Shown one piece after another: positions 1-7,747 of a DNA stretch of 32,000 nt (position 1 is the stretch's first letter; the number at the start of each line of letters is the position of its first letter). The stretch comes from Promethearchaeota archaeon. Its GTDB lineage: Archaea; Asgardarchaeota; Lokiarchaeia; Sigyniarchaeales; Promethearchaeaceae. The notes under the pieces are model-generated. The model did no database searches. It saw only the letters and a program-made list of their open reading frames with translations, and was not told the origin of the DNA. The position numbers and the translations under genes were made by a program. The stretch is taken from contig JAFGBS010000001.1 in the NCBI GenBank assembly GCA_016933055.1, forward strand, positions 180,001 to 212,000. Direction: 5' to 3'.

Positions 1-1
1 G

Positions 2-1006
2 ATTTGCAGTGCGTTGTTCCTTGTGATTCCCTTTAAAAATCAATTTCTTCTTCTTTTTCCCTTTAATTTTTATGTAACCTTTTTTGGAGCTATTTGGGCT
101 GTGATTTTTCGAATTACGAATAAACTGGGAAAAAATACCGATGAAGAGGTCAACATTACATTGTTAAGGGGATTATCCGAAGTGAAAACTCAAGGGGGAA
201 ATATCCACCTTCATAATTTTGACCTTAAACGAGAGATCCACCGGAAAATCCTACATGGTCTCGCAGTCTTATATATACTGGGATTATTTTTACATGGAGT
301 GTACGCTTTATTGTTTAGGTACACTTATGCCTGTTATCCCCATCGTTTTTCCATAGAAGAATATCATAATGCATACATTTCGATTTCTGGATTTCTTCCC
401 GTTAAGGTCGGATTCATCGGACTTATTATGGGTTTACTAGGTAGTTTTTTTGTTCAAATTCACATGGAAATTTTGCGGTTACGCTCTCCGAAAACTCCTG
501 GAATTTTGAAAAAAGTACTACAGGAAACTCGTCGGGTCACAGAGGTGTACACATTTAGTGCTCACATTCCTTTAATTATTGGTTTTATTACATCTACTTT
601 TTTTCTTTATATACATGCAATTTTTTTACCTCAATATGGGTTTATCAGTTTGATGAGTGCATGCAATGTGATAGTAACAGCAAGTCTGGCTGATGCGACT
701 GCCTGCCTGATTGGTAGAAAATTTGGTAAAAAATACTGGTCGGTCAACCATGAAAAAACGATTTTAGGAACACTTTGTGGGGCGATTGTCGCATTGTTAG
801 TATCCAGTTTTTTTATAGGATGGTTTGCAGGTGTAATCACCGTCACAATTTTTATGATAATTGACATTTTTTCAAATAAGATCCACATCACAGATAATCT
901 CTTTTATCCACTGGTTTTATCGGTGATATATTCTATTTTTTTACCACTCTTTAATCCTATTTTATCAGAAAACTGGTTTTTTATTTCATTATTAATTAAT
1001 GGGTAG
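2..1006 (+). CDS. Phytol/dolichol/diacylglycerol kinase-like membrane protein (CTP-dependent polyprenol kinase family), probably 5'-truncated by the window edge
   Basis: Multi-TM protein with REIHRKILH and SLADATACLIGRKFGKK...KTILGT motifs typical of the family. The frame is open from position 2 (ATT TGC AGT GCG TTG), so the true start is probably upstream of the window rather than the TTG at 14. Confidence 0.75.
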   Translation: MCSALFLVIPFKNQFLLLFPFNFYVTFFGAIWAVIFRITNKLGKNTDEEVNITLLRGLSEVKTQGGNIHLHNFDLKREIHRKILHGLAVLYILGLFLHGVYALLFRYTYACYPHRFSIEEYHNAYISISGFLPVKVGFIGLIMGLLGSFFVQIHMEILRLRSPKTPGILKKVLQETRRVTEVYTFSAHIPLIIGFITSTFFLYIHAIFLPQYGFISLMSACNVIVTASLADATACLIGRKFGKKYWSVNHEKTILGTLCGAIVALLVSSFFIGWFAGVITVTIFMIIDIFSNKIHITDNLFYPLVLSVIYSIFLPLFNPILSENWFFISLLING

Positions 1007-1926
1007 TGAGAAAGTTGCATCAACGAATTTACTATAAAGAACCAATCTTTCGCCCTCCCAGTGAAGCCAGATCCCTTCTAATTCAAGCAACTGAAGGATG
1101 TACCTATCGATGTTCATTTTGTGTATCTAATTTAGGAAAACCTTTCAAAATCCGTAAAGTGGAAGAAATCAAGAAAGATCTAGATATTGCAAAGATTTTA
1201 TACAGTTCTGTCCATAGGATTTTTTTTCTTGATGGGAACGCAATGGTAATGCCTTTTGACGCCTTATTAGAAATCACCCAATATGCGTACAAACTTTTTC
1301 CTGAATTAAAGCGTGTTAGTGTGTACGCACATGGAAAAGATATTTTGGCTAAAAGCGATCCTCAATTATTGGAATTACAGCAAGCTGGATTGAAGATGGC
1401 GTACATAGGTATAGAATCAGGTGATAATGATTTATTGCAGAAAATAGGCAAACGTGAAACTCAAGAAGATATTGTTCGAGCTTTTCATAAATGCTTCAAG
1501 GCGGGAATAATTCCCTCTGGAACAATTATTTTGGGGTTGGCTGGTTCAAAGCTGGATGCATCTCGAAAACACGCTACTAAAACCGCCGAATTGGTAAATA
1601 AATGTAATCCCGTAGAATATGGGTACCCTAAGTGGTATATTGCTACACTAACTCTTATGATTCCCCCAGGAACTCCCTTATTTTTTGAAACACAAGATGG
1701 TGACTTCCATCCCATGAATAGTGATGAGATTCTTCGAGAATTAAAACTTTTGATAGAAAAAACGTCTAGTGAACTGCAAAATTGTGTATTTCGAAGTAAC
1801 CATGCATCGAATTACATTGCATTAAAAGGAGTGTTAGCAGAAGACAAGGAACATATTTTAAAAATTATTGAAACAAATATAAAAAATCCTCGGGATCTCC
1901 GTCCCGAATTTTATCGCGGGTTATAA
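1006..1926 (+). CDS. Radical SAM protein, function unknown
   Basis: CTYRCSFC (CxxxCxxC) motif preceded by IFRPPSEARSLLIQATEG; also FLDGNA, YIGIESG and FRSNHASNY. The GTG start overlaps the upstream TAG by 1 nt. Confidence 0.85.
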   Translation: MRKLHQRIYYKEPIFRPPSEARSLLIQATEGCTYRCSFCVSNLGKPFKIRKVEEIKKDLDIAKILYSSVHRIFFLDGNAMVMPFDALLEITQYAYKLFPELKRVSVYAHGKDILAKSDPQLLELQQAGLKMAYIGIESGDNDLLQKIGKRETQEDIVRAFHKCFKAGIIPSGTIILGLAGSKLDASRKHATKTAELVNKCNPVEYGYPKWYIATLTLMIPPGTPLFFETQDGDFHPMNSDEILRELKLLIEKTSSELQNCVFRSNHASNYIALKGVLAEDKEHILKIIETNIKNPRDLRPEFYRGL

Positions 1927-1928
1927 CT

Positions 1929-2771
1929 TTATTTTTTAAGTTTAGATGCAGCTTTTTTTACAGCTTCCACTGCTTCGGATCCTGACGCATATTTACAGCG
2001 CGTTACGTGACGTGCAACACTTGCAAATTCTTTCTTACAAAACGGACAGCGTTGTTTTCCATCTTTAGTTACTTCAATGGTGATTTCAAGATCAGTCTCC
2101 TTTCCTTTAACAACTGTTACTTGAGCCTCCTCGATATCTTCATCATCTTCAAGTTCATCAATTAACTCTAATGCATCATCATCTTCAATATCAATTCCTT
2201 TTTCTCGAGCTTTAGCGAGTTTTCGCTCTTTACGATCATAAACTTCATGAATTTCAGCAGCATCGTCTTGAATCTCCTCTTCCTCCTCTTCCTCTTCCTT
2301 GCGTCCGAATAATTCTTCAGAGATCTTTTCGTCTTCCTCTTCTTTTTTCTTCTCTTCCTCTTCTTCCTCTTCCTCTTCTTCCTCTTCCTCTTCTACAACT
2401 TTCTTCTTGCGTGTTTTGCGCTTCTTCGGTATCTCCTCCTCTTCCTCCTCCTCCTCTTCTTCTACTTCTTCCTCCTCTTCCTCCTCTTCGTCTTCCTCTT
2501 CATCTTTTATAACTTCATAGAAATCTTCCTCGTCCCAGACTAATTCACTTCCCTCAAGTTCGTCAGCGATATACATTTCTCCTAGTTGACTATCCGATTT
2601 CTTAAAAAGAGCACAAACACTGCATACAAGTGCAGTTTTTCCGAGAACTAGATCTCGAGCTTTACAGTAACATAATGGTTGTAGAGAATAAGATAACTGA
2701 TTCATAGTTTCCAAGTGCACACAAGCATCCTTGGTGTCAAAATTCTTAGATTTGTTTGATTTTGATGTCAT
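1929..2771 (-). CDS. Glu-rich low-complexity protein with N-terminal Cys/His cluster and C-terminal C2HC zinc finger
   Basis: N-terminal CVH..CYC..CSVC; poly-Glu tracts around a basic PKKRKTRKKK segment; C-terminal CPFCKKEFASVARHVTRC. Confidence 0.7.
   Translation of the reverse strand: MTSKSNKSKNFDTKDACVHLETMNQLSYSLQPLCYCKARDLVLGKTALVCSVCALFKKSDSQLGEMYIADELEGSELVWDEEDFYEVIKDEEEDEEEEEEEEVEEEEEEEEEEIPKKRKTRKKKVVEEEEEEEEEEEEEEKKKEEEDEKISEELFGRKEEEEEEEEIQDDAAEIHEVYDRKERKLAKAREKGIDIEDDDALELIDELEDDEDIEEAQVTVVKGKETDLEITIEVTKDGKQRCPFCKKEFASVARHVTRCKYASGSEAVEAVKKAASKLKK
2275..2504 (-). repeat. Imperfect GAA/GAG trinucleotide repeat tracts encoding poly-Glu
   Basis: Runs of TCT/TCC/TTC on the + strand at about 2275-2300, 2330-2395 and 2432-2504, inside the 1929..2771 CDS. 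Confidence 0.85.
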
Positions 2772-2875
2772 TATTTTTCCTCAGTTAACACTATACATTT
2801 CAAAATGAGTAATAACGTAGTAGAAAACTAAACATATCTTTTATTTTTTTCCATTTATAAATCCATCAATAGAAA

Positions 2876-4288
2876 TTAGATTTGTGTCAGAGAATTTTTG
2901 ATATAATCTCTTGCTTCAGAAGATTGAACTTCCTCCACCAAACGAGAAATTTGTTCTTTTAATTCTCCGATTGTTCTTTGCAAAGTTGAAGGCAACGCCC
3001 AGTAGGATTTTCTTTGTGGATGAAACTTATGTATTGCCTGGTTGTATGCTTTAATTGCTTCTAAGTAAAATCTACAAACTGATTCAAAATCACGATATTC
3101 CAGATACGAATGCCCAATTTGGTGATTTATCTGTCCTACTCCCGCATAATCTTGGGCTTTTTCAAATAAAATTGCTGCATTTTGCAGCGTTTCCATTCCC
3201 TTCTGTTTATCTCCTTTTCGTAAGATAATATTCCCTATAAATAGATCCGCATTAGCCATGTAAAATAGGTTTCCATATTTCTCTCCAATGTCTTTGAGTA
3301 GATTACAATACTTTATGGTTAATGTATCATGATTGTTTTCATAACATAATTCAGAAACATCTTGTAAGACATCTAATAGTTTTTCGCTATATTCATCTCC
3401 TAATTCCTCTAGACTAGAGATAACTGTATCATATTTTTCCGTACCCGTAATTGAATCTCCTGAAAGAAAGGCGAGTTTTCCCTCATACTTCAGCTGCTCC
3501 AGCTGCTGAATTTTGGGTTCAGTTTGCTGCTTAGAGGTGGGAATAGAAATTAAGTCGGTTTCTTTAACTTGTGAAATTCCCGTCATGATTTCCTTCGCTT
3601 CTTCCATAATTTCTGCAGTTTGCTTTTCAGTAGTCGTTATTCTGGGGGCGTGACTAGGATCCTCATTATAAGCGGTCTGCAATGGTAAACCAGATGCAGC
3701 ATACGCACTTAATTCGGTCAAAATATTAGCAAAAAAAAATTCATTTAATCCAATTATTTCAAAATCTACTTTATGATAATTATTTTCGAAATTTGAGTCA
3801 TCTGGATTCATTTGAGGATCATTCAATCGATATATATCAAAACCAGGATGATTTGGGTTTTTCTTTTTATCTAACAAGAAAGTATGATCAAAAACCAACC
3901 CTACAAAATCAGGATTGGGTGCTTGGAAGCTGATTTGGTTGATAATGTCCACATATGAATAAAAGAGGCCTAATCCTGGATGGGAGTGGAACCATCCCAC
4001 CATGTAGCGATTATTTCCTTCGGAATCCAGCTTGTCTTGGATTTCTGAGATAAAACCATAATGTTCAGGACCAAGTTCTACGTCAGTGGATTCTCCATAA
4101 GTCATGGGCTCAGCTCGATCGATTATTACAGAATTCTCATCAGATGTTCCTATTAAAATCCCATAAATTTCGCGCCATTGTTCTTTAGGAATAGATGAGT
4201 TTGCATACCGTGTTGAATAAAGAATAATTGTTTTGTAAGCTTCAGCGCTTAGAATAACTTTCTTATCGGAACCTTCGAGTTCTGCCAT
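2876..4288 (-). CDS. MPN+/JAMM (Rpn11/CSN5-like) metallo-isopeptidase domain fused to C-terminal TPR/SNAP-like helical repeats
   Basis: E40 (REIYGILIG) and VGWFHSHPGLGLFYSYVD give an intact E-xn-H-x-H-x7-S-x2-D motif (H101, H103, S111, D114). Residues ~260-450 show TPR-like A/G/Y-patterned helices. Confidence 0.85.
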   Translation of the reverse strand: MAELEGSDKKVILSAEAYKTIILYSTRYANSSIPKEQWREIYGILIGTSDENSVIIDRAEPMTYGESTDVELGPEHYGFISEIQDKLDSEGNNRYMVGWFHSHPGLGLFYSYVDIINQISFQAPNPDFVGLVFDHTFLLDKKKNPNHPGFDIYRLNDPQMNPDDSNFENNYHKVDFEIIGLNEFFFANILTELSAYAASGLPLQTAYNEDPSHAPRITTTEKQTAEIMEEAKEIMTGISQVKETDLISIPTSKQQTEPKIQQLEQLKYEGKLAFLSGDSITGTEKYDTVISSLEELGDEYSEKLLDVLQDVSELCYENNHDTLTIKYCNLLKDIGEKYGNLFYMANADLFIGNIILRKGDKQKGMETLQNAAILFEKAQDYAGVGQINHQIGHSYLEYRDFESVCRFYLEAIKAYNQAIHKFHPQRKSYWALPSTLQRTIGELKEQISRLVEEVQSSEARDYIKNSLTQI

Positions 4289-4372
4289 TTGTAATTCTAT
4301 AAATGTAGTTTAGTCTTAAATTTTTAATTACAATAATTAAAAATTCCTCTGAGATAAAAAAAGTAATATTAA

Positions 4373-5833
4373 TTAAGATTTGAGTCTATCTCCATGTTCT
4401 TCTTGAAGGGTTTTCAAATAATCTTGTTCTTTTTTCAAATGAATATCTAGAATTTTCTTTTTCTCCTTTTCCCAATCAGGTCCATCTAGAGGATAAAATA
4501 ACATAAAAATCAACGCAACAGCGAACACAATTGCAGGAATGATAGTAAAACCAATCATTATACCTAATTTTACAGACTCAGTGGCAACATAAACAGCAAG
4601 TTCGTCAATATTTGGAGGAAAACCAAATGATTGTATAATGAACAAAAATAATGCATTAGCAATACTTATTCCAGGTTTTGTTATAAGGGCGTTGATCCCT
4701 GAATAGGTGGTTTCTCTCCGCTTACCGGTTTTTAACTCATCAAAATCGATTACGTCTGCATTTATAGATCCTTGATTAAGAGAAATCCCACCATATCCAA
4801 TGCCAAAAATAATTAACACAATCATTGCGGGATAGTAACTTTGCCCCACAAAAAATGCAACGGTGCCTGACAAGATGCAAAGAATTAAAGCAATGATAAA
4901 AACCTTCTTCAATCCAAAACGTTGATTTAATTTATTCCACATAAGTGTAAACACAAGAGAAAATGCATAAATTAGTAATAGTGGTAGAGATGACTGGATC
5001 CCCCCAATATTTAAGACATATTCATTAAAATAAAACAAACCTGTGAAGATGATGGTCTGGGCGATAGTATAAAAGAAATTTGCACCTTCGAAGATAAGGA
5101 ATGGAATATTCTTAAAAGTTTCAGTAACACTCTTAAATAAAGGAAGCGCATTTTCATTTTGTGTGTATTTATTTTCTTTGATATGAAATGAAGCCCAGAT
5201 CAAACAACTCATGGAGAAAATGGCTAAACCAATCATTGTTGGACGAAAAACTGGATTTAGTGTACTGGATTCATCTCCTGTCAACAACACCATTGGAAGA
5301 ACAAGTGCAATCACTGATCCGATAGCACTAATGAATGCACCAACCATAATCAAATTAGACCGTGCCTTTGCTGTTACGGCCATTTCTGCGGGTAACCCAT
5401 AAGTTATAAGTCCAATCATTGAGTAGAGTGTATCGAATACAAATAAATTAAGCAAGAAACTGAAAAATAACCCCGTCTGGCTGGCTGTGAAGAATGGAAA
5501 CCACATAAGCACAAAAGAAATAGCATAAAAGGGTGCGCCAAAACGTAAATAAGGTACTCGTCTTCCCCATCGAGATTTTGTACGATCCTCAAGAATGCCT
5601 AGAATAGGATCATTGAGTGCATTCCATATAGCAAAAATTATCCACGCAAGCCCTGTCCAATAAGGTTCTAAACCCATTTTGATATTATAAAAAAATGTCA
5701 CTGCTCCACCTAGGGCAATTTGAGACAAACTCAGATTCCCAATATAAGCGACCCCATAGGCAATTTTTCGAATTGCAGGAAGTTTTTCTTCTGTTATTAT
5801 GGTCCCTCTTGACATATTGTCAATTTTATCCAT
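4373..5833 (-). CDS. MFS transporter, glycoside-pentoside-hexuronide (GPH/MelB) family
   Basis: About 12 TM segments; WNALNDPILGILEDRTKSRWGRRVPY and ADVIDFDELKTGKRRETTYSG are GPH signatures. Confidence 0.9.
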   Translation of the reverse strand: MDKIDNMSRGTIITEEKLPAIRKIAYGVAYIGNLSLSQIALGGAVTFFYNIKMGLEPYWTGLAWIIFAIWNALNDPILGILEDRTKSRWGRRVPYLRFGAPFYAISFVLMWFPFFTASQTGLFFSFLLNLFVFDTLYSMIGLITYGLPAEMAVTAKARSNLIMVGAFISAIGSVIALVLPMVLLTGDESSTLNPVFRPTMIGLAIFSMSCLIWASFHIKENKYTQNENALPLFKSVTETFKNIPFLIFEGANFFYTIAQTIIFTGLFYFNEYVLNIGGIQSSLPLLLIYAFSLVFTLMWNKLNQRFGLKKVFIIALILCILSGTVAFFVGQSYYPAMIVLIIFGIGYGGISLNQGSINADVIDFDELKTGKRRETTYSGINALITKPGISIANALFLFIIQSFGFPPNIDELAVYVATESVKLGIMIGFTIIPAIVFAVALIFMLFYPLDGPDWEKEKKKILDIHLKKEQDYLKTLQEEHGDRLKS

Positions 5834-5882
5834 TACTTAAAATAAATTTAGATAAAAAAATAGATGAAAATGGACAAGATTT

Positions 5883-6752
5883 CTAAACAGATTTTAAGTA
5901 TTTGATGTCATGCAGTACTTGTTTTTCTCCATAAATTTTAATTGAAACATCCTTCAATGAATGATTTTGATTAATTTGTTCGGAAATGGTAATTCTATTG
6001 AAATCAGATTGGATATGACGAAAATCTTTATAACTTAGCGGAGGGAAAAGATGTTTATTCTGCATTTTGAGAAATCCTTGCATAATAAACCACATAGGGA
6101 TGATTCCTACGTTGAATTCCACGATTGTATTTACCAGCATCAGTGTAACACTCCATGTATCTTGCTCCAAGCGTATTCCAGAAACTAATAAACTCAATTC
6201 TAAATTCAATTCAACCAAAGTGCCCACAAGAAAGATATAAAGGATATCCTCCCACCGAAGCTTTCTAATCCATCGGAAAAATAGGGCAAGAACAACATTT
6301 CCTGCAGCTATTACACTCATGATAAGTCTTTGATTACCAGCACTCATATTTCGTGCCAATTCGATACTAGCATCATTCAATGGAATCCACTGGGAAAACA
6401 ATCCTATTATTGTCCACCCAATAAAAAAAAGGAGTGTAAAAATTTTCATATCTCGAAAATTTCTCTTTTCGAACATTATCGACACATAAGAAAATTGTGC
6501 AAAACCAGCAGAGAATGTGAACCATAAAAAAAAGAATTGGGGATTGATGGGACCGGTATAAGTTCGGCTGCCCATAACAATATACCAAATATAATAATCA
6601 ATAATAAGATACGTAAGGAATCCAATAAAACCCCAAAGGACAGGAATCCAGTATTTCCTTTTAACTAAAAAATAAATCCATATTACTAAAAAGAGTAAGT
6701 CAAAATAGATAAAATCTACACCCAGTGTTCTCGTAACAATAGGATCCGCCAT
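5883..6752 (-). CDS. Hypothetical integral membrane protein (about 7 TM)
   Basis: 289-aa ORF with multiple hydrophobic segments, co-oriented 49 nt upstream of the MFS gene. Confidence 0.7.
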   Translation of the reverse strand: MADPIVTRTLGVDFIYFDLLFLVIWIYFLVKRKYWIPVLWGFIGFLTYLIIDYYIWYIVMGSRTYTGPINPQFFFLWFTFSAGFAQFSYVSIMFEKRNFRDMKIFTLLFFIGWTIIGLFSQWIPLNDASIELARNMSAGNQRLIMSVIAAGNVVLALFFRWIRKLRWEDILYIFLVGTLVELNLELSLLVSGIRLEQDTWSVTLMLVNTIVEFNVGIIPMWFIMQGFLKMQNKHLFPPLSYKDFRHIQSDFNRITISEQINQNHSLKDVSIKIYGEKQVLHDIKYLKSV

Positions 6753-6809
6753 AATATAGTTATTTTTGGTGGAATGATTTAAAAAGAAGTTGGTATTTAG
6801 GAAAAAAGA

Positions 6810-6998
6810 TTAACTAAATATATTACGTTGGTCTCGAGAAAGGATCGAATTTACCATGATTGTAGGACCCTCTGCAGGATCTATTTCAATCTTGACATCC
6901 TCAATTAATCCCAATTCTTTCATTATATGATAATAGGAAAAAAATTGATGTAGAGAAGGCATAAATTTATCAAAATCTACTTCGATCGGTTTTGGCAT
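6810..6998 (-). CDS. Small hypothetical protein (62 aa)
   Basis: ATG start preceded by AAGGA, natural-looking composition, co-oriented with the downstream genes, no competing ORF. Confidence 0.55.
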   Translation of the reverse strand: MPKPIEVDFDKFMPSLHQFFSYYHIMKELGLIEDVKIEIDPAEGPTIMVNSILSRDQRNIFS

Positions 6999-7052
6999 AT
7001 TTTAATCCTTTTTTGATTATGTACTTATTTTTACGAAATTCTTTATGTACGC

Positions 7053-7074
7053 TAGTATCATCCCCATGATACTA
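7053..7074. promoter_or_regulatory. Perfect inverted repeat TAGTATCAT-CCCC-ATGATACTA, candidate operator or hairpin
   Basis: 9-bp arms with a 4-nt spacer, 55-76 bp upstream of the 6998 start codon. Confidence 0.45.
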
Positions 7075-7204
7075 TTACAATGTTGATGAAATAATTCCTA
7101 ATTTGATCTCCGAAATCACCTATAAATTCCACATTTTTTAAATTAAAGACTTTTAAAATTATAGAATAATGATCATCATCGGTTTAAAAATGATTCGGTA
7201 ACTA

Positions 7205-7563
7205 TTCCGACAAAAATGAGAGATATGGATAAAAAAGTTAGCAATTAATTGGATTTTCTTCATTGTTTCGGATAATCTGAATAATGGGACGTTGTCCTTC
7301 AGGGTAAACTACTCGTATATCTTTTATAAAATTCATGCGCTTTAGGATTTCAAATTTTCTGTAAAAATCATGCGGTTTGGGAATATATTTTTCGAAACTG
7401 ATTACAATATCCATATTATCTCTCCAACTTTTGAGGTTTGTTTTTGATAGTCTATTTTAGTTTATTTCTAAGTATTTTGTCGGATATTTTACTCATGAAT
7501 GTATAGTGTCGAAAAAGTTTCAATATTTGATTAGAATTTTTCCAAAAATCGATTTTTGTCGGA
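7205..7563. repeat. Three copies of TTTTGTCGGA (7206-7215 reverse, 7475-7484 and 7554-7563 forward) with nested inverted repeats
   Basis: Read directly from the sequence. A fourth copy lies at 29187-29196. Confidence 0.6.
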
Positions 7564-7747
7564 CGGGAGTGGATCGGAAATCCTCCTTCTAAAGTGCTAC
7601 CAAAGAACAAAATCATCTGCATATATACTCATAATTCCATAAATCCCACAGCTGAATTAAAACTGCTACGGGATTAAATTAATCTAAAGATAGGATAGAA
7701 TTTTTTTATGGAATAATGCTTATAGGTGACCGGAAAAATATTCACCC

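Noticed and set aside
2299-2520. 73-aa poly-Ser ORF on the + strand
   Set aside because: Antisense shadow of the Glu-codon repeats in the 1929..2771 gene.
5883-6752. Lycopene-cyclase-like two-repeat membrane domain
   Set aside because: Resemblance limited to generic hydrophobic spacing; no diagnostic motif could be confirmed.
7000-7747. CRISPR array, tRNA/SRP/RNase P RNA, or canonical ORB origin in the long spacer
   Set aside because: No regularly spaced direct repeats, no GC-rich cloverleaf or long helices, no TTCCAGTGGAAA-type ORB with a G-string, and no cas or cdc6 gene nearby.
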